NCBI RefSeq assembly: GCF_001194135.2
Contig: NC_068981.1
Span: 18,571,240 to 18,603,533 of the forward strand
Reading direction: 5' to 3'
DNA from: Octopus bimaculoides
Taxonomy: Eukaryota
Length of the DNA stretch: 32,294 nt
A program made the translations under genes and the position numbers. Below the pieces are notes generated by a model. The model ran no database searches. It was not told the DNA's origin and saw nothing but the letters and a program-made list of their open reading frames with translations. This document shows positions 1 to 11,268 of this stretch, piece after piece. Numbering within the stretch: position 1 is the first letter of the stretch; each line of letters opens with the position of its first letter.

Positions 1-200
1 ACACACACACACACACACACACACAAAAACACATATACACAATGGGTTTCTTTCAGTTTCCGTCTACCAAATCTACTCAGAAGCCTTGAGACGACTCAAG
101 GCTAAAACGGAAGATACTTGCCCAAGGTGTCACGCAGTGGTACTGAACTCAGAACCATGTTGCTGAGAAGCAAGTCTCTTACCATTGAGCCATGCCATGC
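1..200 (-). mobile_element. SINE family A, 5' half (older variant), running into its internal (TG)n tract at the window edge
   Basis: Reverse complement of the family-A head and central domain (tttcagtttccgtctaccaaatc...acttgcccaaggtgtcacgcagtggtactgaactcagaaccatg), matching other copies in the window. Confidence 0.85.
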
Positions 201-284
201 TAAGAAATTATAAACAAGATGCAACTTTCATGATAAAGGTTAAGAAAGCAAATTTCAATGTCTCGTAAAAAAAAAAGTCCGCTA

Positions 285-700
285 GGCGCAGGAGTGGCTG
301 TGTGGTAAGTAGCTGACTTACTAACCACATGGTCTCGGGTTCAGTTCCATTGCGGGGCAACTTGGACAATTTTCTTCTACTATAACCTCGGGCCGACCAA
401 AACCTTATGAGTGGATTTGGTAGACGGAAACTGAAAGAAGCCCGTCGTATGTATGTATATATGTATGTGTGTATATGTTTGTGTGTTTGTGTTTGTCCCC
501 CCCCCACATTGCTTGACAACTGATGCTGGTGTGTTTAGGTCCCCGTAACTTAGCGGTTCGGTAAAAGAGACCGGTAGAATAAGTACTAGGCTTACAAAGA
601 ATTAGTCCTGGGTTCGATTTGATTCGACTAAAAGCGGTGCTCCAGCATGGCCGCAGTCAAATGACTGAAACAAGTAAAAGAGTAAAAGAGAAAGAGAGAG
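285..700 (+). mobile_element. SINE family A, full length (tRNA-like head, CORE-like domain, internal TA/TG microsatellite, 3' module, (AGTAAAAG)-type tail)
   Basis: Multi-copy in the window. Head ggcgcaggagtggctgtgtggtaag...gggttcagttcc has Pol III A/B-box-like motifs. The family central motif accttgggcaagt (here aacttggacaatt) resembles the CORE-SINE domain (recalled). Confidence 0.93.
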
Positions 701-1292
701 TAACTGTATAACGAACCCATGATAAACAATTATTATACTCATACTTATAAAAAGAATCGTCATCTACAATAACAGCCCCGCTAACATTTCGAAATCTCAC
801 AGGAATATGTATAACACATGACTACTGGAACAAGCAGTTTAAAATCCATCATTCAGCTCCATTAAGAAAAATGAAACGATGACCCAAAGTTCCCTTGCCC
901 TCATAAATCGAGTATGTTATGAACACAATGAATGCAACAGCGATTAGCATATTCATGTTCAAATCTACTGGAACGTATTAAGAATGAATATGTATGACAT
1001 CCTTCTGACTCTCGCTGTTCGCTATGCACCCAACGATTTATTAAAGTTATTTCCTATTAATTTTTATTCTCTATATCTACGCACAGATGCGCGTGCACAC
1101 AGATACACTCACACGGTACAACTTCAAGAACGCATAGTTGCACAACACCCCAATCGTTAATTTTTATGGTTGGATCCTCTGCTATTCAAACTCGATTCTC
1201 TAGCATTTATCAATTTCTTACAAACATACTAATAAGTTCTTAAATTTCGTAATCTTTGCAACCACATTTATTTCCTTACCATAGTCAAGTTT

Positions 1293-1678
1293 GTGGAGAC
1301 GCAATGGCCCAGTGGTTAGGGCAGCGAACTCGCGGTCATAGGATCGCGGTTTCGATTCCCAGACCGGCCGTTGTGAGTGTTTATTGAGCGAAAACACTTA
1401 AAGCTCCACGAGACTCCGGCAGGGGATGGTGGCGAACCCTGCTGTACTCATTCACCACAACTTTGTCTCACTCTTTCTTCCTGTTTCTGTTGTGCCTGTA
1501 ATTCAAAGGGTCAGCCTTGTCACACTGTGTCACGCTGAATCTCCCCGAGAACTATGTTAAGGGTACACGTGTCTGTGGAGTGCTCACCCACTTGCACGTT
1601 AATTTCACGAGCAGGCTGTTCCGTTGATCGGATCAACTGGAACCCTCGACGTCGTAAGCGACGGAGTGCCAACAACAA
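1293..1678 (+). mobile_element. SINE family B, full length, (AAC)n tail
   Basis: A box TGGCCCAGTGG at 1305-1315, B-box-like GTTTCGATTCC at 1349-1359, 13-bp TSD catagtcaagttt at 1280-1292 and 1679-1691, four copies in the window. Confidence 0.95.
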
Positions 1679-1954
1679 CATAGTCAAGTTTATAACGCAT
1701 AATTTCTTTAAAAAAAATTTCATTCTGCATATACACAGATAGGTTTACTACTACTACTACATATATATATATATGTATGCATATATAGATATGCTTACTC
1801 TCAACAACCCTCAAGTTAGCTATTTTCGAATAATCTTTGCATTTTAATTTTTAATTCTCTACCATCCCCATAAATTTATAATTCTCACAACAATCTTAAG
1901 TTCTACTGAATTTCCACAGCGCATCATTATGGCTAATAAATGATATTTAATATT

Positions 1955-2298
<344 letters not shown>

Positions 2299-3052
2299 TT
2301 TCTTATACAAATATATAATATTTAAGATTAGACAAATGCGCAAGCATACAGTTTGTTGGAAAGTGTGCGATCATCTTGAATACCTGATCGTATAATTTAT
2401 AACTATCTCAACTCTCAAAATGCCTTATAATATATTAAGATATCACCCGAGCACGAGCAATTTTGCATATATGCATACGTATTTATAATCACATAACTTC
2501 ACGTTTATGGTCACATAATTTAATTTTGATCTTTCATCTATCATTTATCCACCTTTCAAAGATAAAATTTATTGTGTAACTGATGTAAACAAGAGGATTT
2601 TGGCATGGAAGTCAGCCCCCCATAATATACATGATTTAAAAATTTTCTTGAAAAATGTCTAAGACCGGGTTGAAGAATATGGACACTTGACTGCGTAATC
2701 TACAACATTATGAATTTATCATCAATTTATATTCCAAACGTGTCAACAGCAGATAAACATCAATAATCCCATTTCCCCTTTATACCTATTACCTGACCAA
2801 TGATTGAAAATGCACGGACTTCTCTCTCTTCCCCTACCGTTTTTCTTCCCTTTGTTTTCTGCTGATTCAAAACAAGCTTGTCTATTTATCGTCAACAATG
2901 GATTGCCTATAGTTCACATCATATGATGGTCGGGAACGGGAAATTTGAAAAGCTAGATGTAAGGTGCCAGCTCTAGTAACCATATGTGGTGTGTGTGTAC
3001 GTATATAAGACATCATGAAGAAGAATGGAGTTTCTTCTACTACTACCTTCTA

Positions 3053-3474
3053 TCTTTTATCTTTTACTTGTTTCAGCCATTTGACTGCGGCCATGCTGGA
3101 GCACCGCCTTTAGTCGAGCAAATCGACCCCAGAGCTTATTGTGTAAGCGTAGTACTTATTCTATCAGTCTCTTTTGCCGAACCGCTAAGTTACGGGGACG
3201 TAAACACACCAGCGTCGGTTGTCAAGCGATGTTGTGTGTGTGTGTGGGGGGGGGCAAACACGGACACACAAACATATACACACACACACACACACATATA
3301 TATACATATACGACAGGCTTCTTCCAGTTTCCGTCTACCAAATCCACTCACAAGGCTTTGGTCGGCCCGAGGCAATAGTAGAAGGCACTTACCCAAGGTA
3401 CCACGCAGTCGATCTGAATCCATGACCATGTGGTTGGTAAGCAAGCTACTTACCACACAGCCACTCCTGCGTCT
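3053..3474 (-). mobile_element. SINE family A, full length
   Basis: Reverse complement matches the family-A consensus end to end. Confidence 0.93.
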
Positions 3475-3800
3475 ATGTATATAAATATTCATTTGCATTC
3501 TAAAAGATCATTCTAGGTTTGAATTATATCAAAACTATAGCAATGCCATATTTCATGATTCTCACATCTAGAATATATTTTAAGAAGGACCGTCTAAGAC
3601 TGAATTCTTCAATTCGCTTCACTCATCTGCATAGGTAAAACCTTGAACAAAGCTACATAAGAATGTGTACTGGATGAATATATACTGCAAGTGAACCAAC
3701 TAAATGCGCATAAATGCTACATCAAAAGAAATTAAGACACTTATGCAGCAGAAACACGTGTCGGACTGGAATTCAATTTGAATTGAATGTGAATAATTAT

Positions 3801-4215
3801 GTGGCTGTGTGGTAAGTAGCTTCCTTACCAACCACATGGTTCTGGGTTCAGTCCCACTGCGTGGCACCTTGGGCAAGTGTCTTCTACTATAGCCTTGGGC
3901 CGACCAAAGCCTTGTGAGTGGATTTGGTAGACGGAAACTGAAAGAAGCCCGTTGTATATCTGTATATATATATATGTGTGTGTATATGTTTGTGTGTCTG
4001 TTTTTGTCTCTCCTCCCCAACATCACTTGACAACTGATGCTGGTGTGTTTACGTCCCCGTAACATAGCGGTTCGGTAAAACAGACCGATAGAATAAGTAC
4101 TAGACTTACAAAGAATAAAGCCTGGAGTCGATTTGCTCGACTAAAGGCGGTGCTCCAGCGTGGCCGCAGTCAAATGACTGAAACAAGTAAAAGAATAAAA
4201 GAAAGAAAGAATAAA
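3801..4215 (+). mobile_element. SINE family A, slightly 5'-truncated
   Basis: Runs from gtggctgtgtggtaagtagc to aaacaagtaaaagaataaaagaaag. Confidence 0.93.
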
Positions 4216-4376
4216 CAAGTTTTGAAGATGTATAATTCGCCCTTCTCCGTTATGATGTATTGATTACAGACTCTGTAAGCTGTATGTAATCTAATGACAC
4301 GAACTCAGTCTTTACCTATCTAGTAAAGCATCATGTAATTGCTTATTTTAAACAAATCTATATGTTCTCTATTGTT

Positions 4377-4568
4377 CAGGTGTTCCCAACCGGTGGTTCC
4401 CGACCCGCGGGAAGCGGGGTCGCGAAGCCTTGGCAGAGAGTCGCGTAGCCTTGCTAGAAGTGGCTTGGATAATATTAATTTCAACTATCAACTGATAGTA
4501 GTGGGTCACGTGGGTTTCAAGCTTTTGGGTACGGGGTCGCGAGTGCAAAAAAACGTTGGGAATCGCTG
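4377..4568. mobile_element. hAT-type MITE, 192 bp
   Basis: Imperfect TIRs caggtgttcccaac / gttgggaatcgctg and a perfect 8-bp TSD ctattgtt at 4369-4376 and 4569-4576. An 8-bp TSD with CAG-starting TIRs is characteristic of hAT elements. Confidence 0.85.
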
Positions 4569-4884
4569 CTATTGTTCAATATGGTTAGCCAGAACCTGGA
4601 TTATATCAGATTGCTAATAAGGTACCTGCCCGGATTCCAAATCCTTATTCTTTTACTTGACCCACACACACAGACACACGCGCGCGCGCACACGCACACA
4701 TCTTATAAACCGAAAAGAAGGTAAGAAGTGGCTTTAACTGCAAAACACTACAATTGTTTTTGTGCAGTGGTAACACCTATTAGTTACTGAGTTCTCTATT
4801 ATGCTATTACATATTTTACAAATAATCACAAAAATTTTATAAATAATTACAAAAGATACAATAATACAAATCATAGTTTACAAG

Positions 4885-4987
4885 GATATAGTAGAAGACT
4901 CTTGGCCAAGGTGCCACGCAGTGAGACTGAACCCGGAACCATGTGGTTGGTAAGCAAGCAACTTACCACACAAGCACTCCTGCGCCT
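4885..4987 (-). mobile_element. SINE family A fragment (head plus start of central domain)
   Basis: tatagtagaagactcttggccaaggtgccacgcagtgagactgaacccggaaccatgtgg...cactcctgcgcct. Confidence 0.88.
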
Positions 4988-5000
4988 GTTAGAAAACTTA

Positions 5001-5002
<2 letters not shown>

Positions 5003-5040
<38 letters not shown>

Positions 5041-5160
5041 ATATGTACATACATACAAGCATACATACATTCATATATACATACATATATACTTGCATAG
5101 ATAGATAGATAGATAGATACATACATACATACATACATACATACATACATACATACATAC
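5003..5160. repeat. Compound microsatellite (TA)n/(TAGA)n/(TACA)n
   Basis: Direct reading. Confidence 0.95.
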
Positions 5161-5718
5161 ATTTCTTCTGCTATAGCAATATTTCTTGCATTTATCAGCA
5201 TGAATACACTTGCACGTAGAAAACCCACCGGTCTCAATTGACCATCGCCATTGTAAGCGGACACCTCAAAATTTCTATCTTTATACACTACACTGAAGTC
5301 ACTCATGTGTTGAATCAAACATCAAAAGACAATACGCGCGCGCGTGTGTGCGCGCGTGCGATGTGCGTGTGTCTGTGTGCGTGCGCGTGAGTATGTATTA
5401 CTAAACATCTAGTGTAAATTAAACACTAAAATTGGCGGCGATCTGCATGGTTGGTTCGCTTGTTCTGGTGACTGATGCCAACATCAGCAAAATTAAACCG
5501 ATTCATAATTAGATGTGACACCAGTTAGAAAATTAGTTTCGGCTTTCAAAATTTGATGTCAGATAACAAATATTGACTAAATTCTATTATTAAACTATAA
5601 CATCACTAAAGATTGTTCACCATATTTCTGGCAATAACATTTGTTAATTCTCATCGAAGATTTTCCTTTAAAAGTAGTTAAACCGTGTAGGACAAAAACA
5701 AATTTTAGATGACTTAGA

Positions 5719-6021
5719 CAAAGGGTTGGCAAACTTTTTATATCATTGACCCCTTAATGGAATTACTGATAACTTATCGACCCCCGACATGTAAATTTCT
5801 AAAATAAAATAAATATCTATAATTTGTAATAAAATATCTTGATTTGAAAACAATAATTCCTTCGTTCTTTGTTTCGTTACCGCTTTTTGATAAGAAATAT
5901 TTAAAGAAGTTTAATGAAATTTATAAAGAACAATAAAATTTGACTCACATTATTTTTCATCTAACCAGAATATCGTCCCCTTTGATAGACTCATAGAATC
6001 CACCCCCAGATAACCCCTTTG
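5719..6021. mobile_element. Possible decayed hAT-like non-autonomous element
   Basis: Ends caaagggttggcaaactttt and taacccctttg are roughly inverted, with gacccc motifs near both ends; the putative TSD matches only 5/8. Confidence 0.35.
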
Positions 6022-6146
6022 CTTACTCCTTGCTTTGATAGATGAGGAGTAGTAATTCCCAATATTGTTTTCAAGACTCTATGGAGAGAGTAAGTGTAAA
6101 AGTTATCCTCGCAGAAGATACCTGCATTGACTACTTTCAACTGAGT

Positions 6147-6534
6147 TGCTGGCACTCCGTCAATTACGACGTCGAGGGTTCCAGTTGATCCGATCAACGG
6201 AACAACCTGCTCGTGAAATTAACGTGCAAGTGGCTGAGCACTCCACAGACACGTGTACCCTTAACGTAGTTCTCAGGGAGATTCAGCCTTGTCACACAGA
6301 GTATGACAAGGCTGGCCTTTTGAATTACAGGTACAACAGAAACAGGAAGTAAGAGTGTGAGAAAGTTGTGGTGAAAGAGTACAGCAGGGTTCGCCACCAT
6401 ACCCTGCCGGAGCCTCGTGGAGCTTTTAGGTGTTTTCGCTCAATAAACACTCACAACGCCCGTTCTGGGAATCGAAACCGCGGTCCTTTGACTGCGAGTC
6501 CGCTGCCCTAACCACTGGGCCATTGCGCCTCCAC
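6147..6534 (-). mobile_element. SINE family B, full length
   Basis: Reverse complement of family B; TSD tttcaac(t/a)gagt at 6135-6146 and 6535-6546. Confidence 0.95.
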
Positions 6535-7447
6535 TTTCAACAGAGTAAACCCAAGCTAAATATACCCACAGACCAAATGGTGGTGTTAAACATTCCATAC
6601 AGTTACGGCTATTTCATGCTTACGGAAATTGTAAAGTACGACTATTAATTTCGGGATGCAGTCTGTAATTTCGCTCTTACAGAAACTTTGTATTGCATAG
6701 TTTTAAATTGTTAACAATTTAAAACTACACTTTCTTCTTAGCTCAGTGGCCACTTGCGCTTTAGTTAAGATCAAAGTATATAGTTAACGATCTGGAAAAA
6801 TATCATCACATTACACACATACATACACACACATACATGTATATATAATGTACATAATGTGAGTACATATACATACATACATATATATATATGTGTATGT
6901 GTGTTTATGTGCATGTGTTTCTATCATCAACACAAACACACGAACCAGCTGCAGCAGTAATATATAGTATGGAGTAGATTAGCAAATCCATTTCAAATAA
7001 AACCATAATGTGTATTTTTAAAAGTTGAAATGAAAGGTCTTTGATCTCAGGTCTACGAGGATTAATTAAACAGCCACAACAATACAATTAATATGAAAAT
7101 ATAACGACTATAACACCAGCAATATCCGCCCACAATCATTAACTTCTAAACCAATGCAACCCACATCCTCCTCACTATCAGTCCACTAACTCACGAATCC
7201 AACTGGCTGCACCAGATATTAGCATGTACACCAACACGTGTGTGCATGAGTGTGAATGAGTATTTGTGTGTGACTCTGTGTATGTGTATGCGGGTGTGTG
7301 TGTGTATTTATATTTTAAGTCAGAAGTGAAAGGAGCAAACTGTCTATAAAATGCGGTGTAACTTCAGCTAACTGTAATCATATAATACTTCGTCTTTTCC
7401 AGTCGTTCACTTTCTTCATTTCATTTTCATTATTACATGAACAGGAA

Positions 7448-7895
7448 GGCGGCGAACTGGCAGAAGCGTTAGCACGCCGGGCGAAGTGCTAACCAGTATT
7501 TCGTCTGTCTTTATGTTCTGAGTTCAAATTTCGCCGAGGTCGACTTTATCTTTCATCCTTTCTAGGCCGATAAATTAAGTACCAGTTATGCACTGGGGTC
7601 GGTGTAATCGACTTAATCCATTTGTCTGTCCTTGTTTGTCCCCTCTATGTTTAGCCCTTTGTGGGCAATAAAGAAATAAGAAACGTTAGCACGCCGGGCG
7701 AAGTGCTAAGTAGTATTTCGTCTGTCTTTACGTTCTGAGTTCAAATTCCGCCGAGGTCGACTTTGCCTTTCATCCTTTCGAGGTCGATAAATTAAGTACC
7801 AGTCGATAAATTAAGTACCAGTTGCGTACTGGAGTCGATCTAATCGACTGGACCCCTTCCCAAAAATTTCCGGCCTTGTGTCTAGAGTAGAAAAG
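7448..7895 (+). mobile_element. SINE family C head-to-tail dimer (monomer 1 at 7448-7680, 5'-truncated monomer 2 at 7680-7895)
   Basis: Two homologous bodies with different 3' tails, flanked by attattacatgaa(c/t)aggaa at 7429-7447 and 7896-7914. Confidence 0.9.
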
Positions 7896-8292
7896 ATTAT
7901 TACATGAATAGGAATCAGACAGTTCTCCTCTCGCACAAATCAGATCATTCCTGGGGCAACTATGTTTTTATTAAATATTTGTTGTGGATAATTAATCGCC
8001 ACCGCTGTTGGATTTGCCTTCAGTCTATGATATCTTGAAAGACGCTATCAAGTTGACCTGAAGGAAGTAGTGCGAAAAGGAACCCTAAAAGGATTACACT
8101 GGATGTTAAGCTTGATACTTTCAAAAGAGTTGATGCGGAGGCAAAACTAGGTTATATTGCCAAAACATTAATCTTGTCACATCTAAAGTGGAAACAATAC
8201 GTGACAACAGAGAGAGAATTATATCAAGTGCTCAAGAAGCTTCTTCGTTGACTGTCCGGACTTTGTTTTACCATAGATCTAATATAATGCTT

Positions 8293-8680
8293 GTGGAGGC
8301 GCAATGGCCCAGTGGTTAGGGCAGCGGACTCGCGGTCATAGGATCGCGGTTTCGATTCCCAGACAGGGCGTTGTGAGTGTTTATTGAGCGAAAACACCTA
8401 AAGCTCCACGAGGCTCCGGCAGGGGATGGTGGAGAACCCTGCTGTACATTTTCACCACAACTTTCTCTCACTCTTTCTTCCTGTTTCTGTTGTGCCTGTA
8501 ATTCAAAAGGTCAGCTTTGTCACACTGTGTCACGCTGAATATCCCCGAGAACTACGTTAAGGGTACACGTGTCTGTGGAGTGCTCAGCCACTTGCGCGTT
8601 AATTTCACGAGCAGGCTGTTCCGTTGATCGGATCAACTGGAACCCTCGACGTCGTAAGCGACGGAGTGACAACAACAACA
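8293..8680 (+). mobile_element. SINE family B inserted in the Tigger ORF
   Basis: Perfect 12-bp TSD aatataatgctt at 8281-8292 and 8681-8692. Confidence 0.95.
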
Positions 8681-10287
8681 AATATAATGCTTAAAATGGA
8701 ACGAAACTTGGGTGTATGGAACGAGGATCGGAATCGGCGTAATGTGACGATAGACATGATGGGTAATTCAAAAAAGAACCAAACGTTTATAGAAAAAGAT
8801 TCGCATAAAAAGGAAGGTGAAACTTCTAATGAAAAATCCTTTTTGATTAATAAAGTCTGGTTTAAAAGGTTTAAAAGCGCATACATTTACACAACCTGAA
8901 AATGTTGATGAAACTGTACATAAATGGAAGCGCATGCGCACTAGAACTTTTATTTCCGGAGAAGAAAAATCAGCACCATAATTTAAAGCTTCCAAAAATC
9001 GGCTGATACTTCTTTGTATGTGTGTCTGTGTGTGCCGGAATGGCGCTGGTTATATGCAACTAAAACTCCTACACGTGTATCACTCCGAAAATTCAAGGGC
9101 TCTTAAATGTTACGCGAAATTTAGTCTACTTCCGATTTGGCGTTCAAATAAAAAGAAATAGAGGAAAAACCTTTTCAAAGACTGGCTTTAAGACGTTTTT
9201 GTTCTGTCAGATAGAATATTTCCCCCAAAACATAGCTTTTTTAGACAATGCACCGAGCCACCCAGCGAATTTAGATGACAAGAGTACAACTTCTTTGCTC
9301 CAGCCAATGGGTCAAGTTGTGATAGCTAACTTCAAGATATATTATATGAGAAGAACTTACAAACAAATTATGAAGGCAGTTGACTGGGACGATAAACCTA
9401 CAGTTAGAAATTTCTGGAAGAAATTCAACATAATGCATACTGTGGATAATATAGCTGAGCCATGAGATGAAGTGAAAACCTTTACCTTTGGATAGCACTT
9501 GGAGGAGTATATGGCCAAACTATATCCGTGACATTACAAGTTTTTCTCAAGCAGAAAGTCTACAGCAAATTCGGACAGATATATTGCGACTCTTGCAAAG
9601 GATGTAAGATTTAAGGAAGTTATAGCGGATTATTTGACTGAGTTACTAATGTCTCAGAAAGGAAGTTTATTTAACGAGGAACCAATGTTTTAGCAATAGA
9701 ACAAGCTGAGAATGTAGATAAGCCACTTCAATTGGCTACAAGTATTTTTGTTAAAGGATTGAGACTTATAGAGGAAGGTTTTCAGGTTTTTGCTGATAAT
9801 GATTCTAATCGAGAACGTAACATAAAAATTACAAGAGGAGTTCACAATAAGCCCAGTTTCTATACCGAACTGTACAAAGAAACGATGTGTCATAAACAGC
9901 ATAACTTTGAAGGAGCTCTTCGACCCTCAAGCTGATGTTCGTGATATTAAACTATAAGATGGCAAATATTGTCTTTTGTCCTCCTGGTAACGCTCGTTCC
10001 ACCACCGCCTCTCATACAGTTGTCAACATCTTTTGTGGTAAGAACGTACTCCTTCGATATTAAGATTCTTATTCATTCCCCAACGTATTCCTCTTGAACT
10101 GTTTTCGTGTTTTTATGTATCTACACCGTACCGTGTATGCTTAAAAGTTGTTGCTTTCATGTACAAAGGTAATCTTGTTGCTTGTTCTGTGTTGTTGATT
10201 TTTTCGAGCTTCTTTCAGTTTTATCTTTGTTCTTCGAAAACGTCCGTAGGAATGCAATCCCACTTGATAATATGAAAATCAATAAAA

Positions 10288-10522
10288 GGCGGCGAGCTGG
10301 CAGAAACGTTAGCACGCCGGGCGAAATGCTTAGCGGTATTTCGTCTACCGTTACGTTCTGAGTTCAAATTCCGCCGAGGTTGACTTTGCCTTTCATCCTT
10401 TCGGGGTCGATTAAATAAGTACCAGTTACGCACTGGGGTCGACCTAATTGACTTAGTCTCTTTGTCTGTCCTTGTTTGTCCCCTCTACGTTTAGCCCCCA
10501 GTGGACAATAAAGAAATAAATC
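10288..10522 (+). mobile_element. SINE family C monomer (tail type 1)
   Basis: Runs from ggcggcgagctggcagaaacgttagc to gtggacaataaagaaataa; TSD tgaaaatcaa(t/a)aaaa at 10273-10287 and 10523-10537. Confidence 0.93.
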
Positions 10523-11012
10523 TGAAAATCAAAAAAAAGAAAAAAATCAACTTCCCATTATGGAATTTCTCTTTACGGTTAGATTTTCAAGAACGCATTA
10601 TTTCCGTAAAGCGGAGGATTAATGTAATAGAGTTCACCCGAGAGAATGCAGTTACTCGCGGCACCGTACTGCGAGACTAAATTGATAACCACGAAGTCGA
10701 CTTCTTAACCAGATATCTATGTCTGTGCCCACGAATAATGTGCTAACCGTTTCAGCTGGTCAATGATGATTATAAAATATACTGACTGTATAATTATATC
10801 TACAACATTTAATGTATAGAGTATATAATAATATAAGAAAGCAGAATTGTTAAAAGATTTATAACCCAACTGTTATCGAAATGGTCGTAACCTAAGAATA
10901 AATGTGATACTAATGTCACCATACATTTGCTGGTGAGACTAAATATATATATTTATGTGTGTGTCTGTATGTGCATGTGTGGAGAGAGGGTAGAGAGAGA
11001 AAGAGGAGAAGA

Positions 11013-11047
11013 ATATGACGTTTCGGGCATGGCTATTCGTCGGATAT
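11013..11047 (-). ncRNA. Degenerate minimal type-I hammerhead-ribozyme-like motif (Penelope type)
   Basis: Minus strand ATAT-CCGACGA-ATAGCCATGCCC-GAAA-CGTC^ATAT: 4-bp stem I, U4C core change, palindromic ACGT stem III, stem II with two mismatches. Confidence 0.5.
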
Positions 11048-11268
11048 AGGAAGCTACCAAGCACAAATATCAAACTTTAATCTCAGAGCACTTGTATAAA
11101 TATTTAAAACTTAAATTTTAAAGACAAGGTTTTCTTTCCAAGACAAAGCTTTATTTCTAGTGTCAGTTCTTATTGATTACTGACACTCTTAAAACTTCTA
11201 TATAATATAATGATATACTAATATAATGATATACTAATATAGTGCTCATTCATTTATATCATATAAGC

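Larger units (their letters stand above)
8027..10624 (+). mobile_element. Decayed Tigger/pogo-family DNA transposon (TIGD1-like transposase pseudogene 8027-9935), interrupted by two SINEs
   Basis: Translated pieces KRITLDVKLD, WFKRFK, DET..WKRMRTRTFISGEEKSAP, VYHSENSRALK, FLDNAPSHP, TTSLLQPMGQ..IANFK.YY match Tigger HTH/DDE_1 motifs, with stops and frameshifts. Right TIR-like end cgtaaagcggaggattaatg plus TA at about 10605-10626; left TIR not found. Confidence 0.85.

Noticed and set aside
1293-1370. tRNA-like sequences at SINE heads
   Set aside because: No complete cloverleaf or acceptor stem, and they continue into SINE bodies, so they are not tRNA genes
4670-5395. CG/CA alternating tracts at 4670-4700 and 5335-5395 (Z-DNA-prone)
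   Set aside because: Ordinary dinucleotide-microsatellite variants in a genome full of them
5530-5565. Minus-strand ctgaca...gccgaaac hammerhead-like spacing
   Set aside because: Core deviates at two positions and there is no stem I or stem III
6745-6790. taagatcaaagt resembling the U2 snRNA 5' region
   Set aside because: Only a 12-nt match; no Sm site or remainder of U2
10693-10704. Perfect 12-bp palindrome gaagtcgacttc
   Set aside because: Expected occasionally by chance in 32 kb; no supporting context
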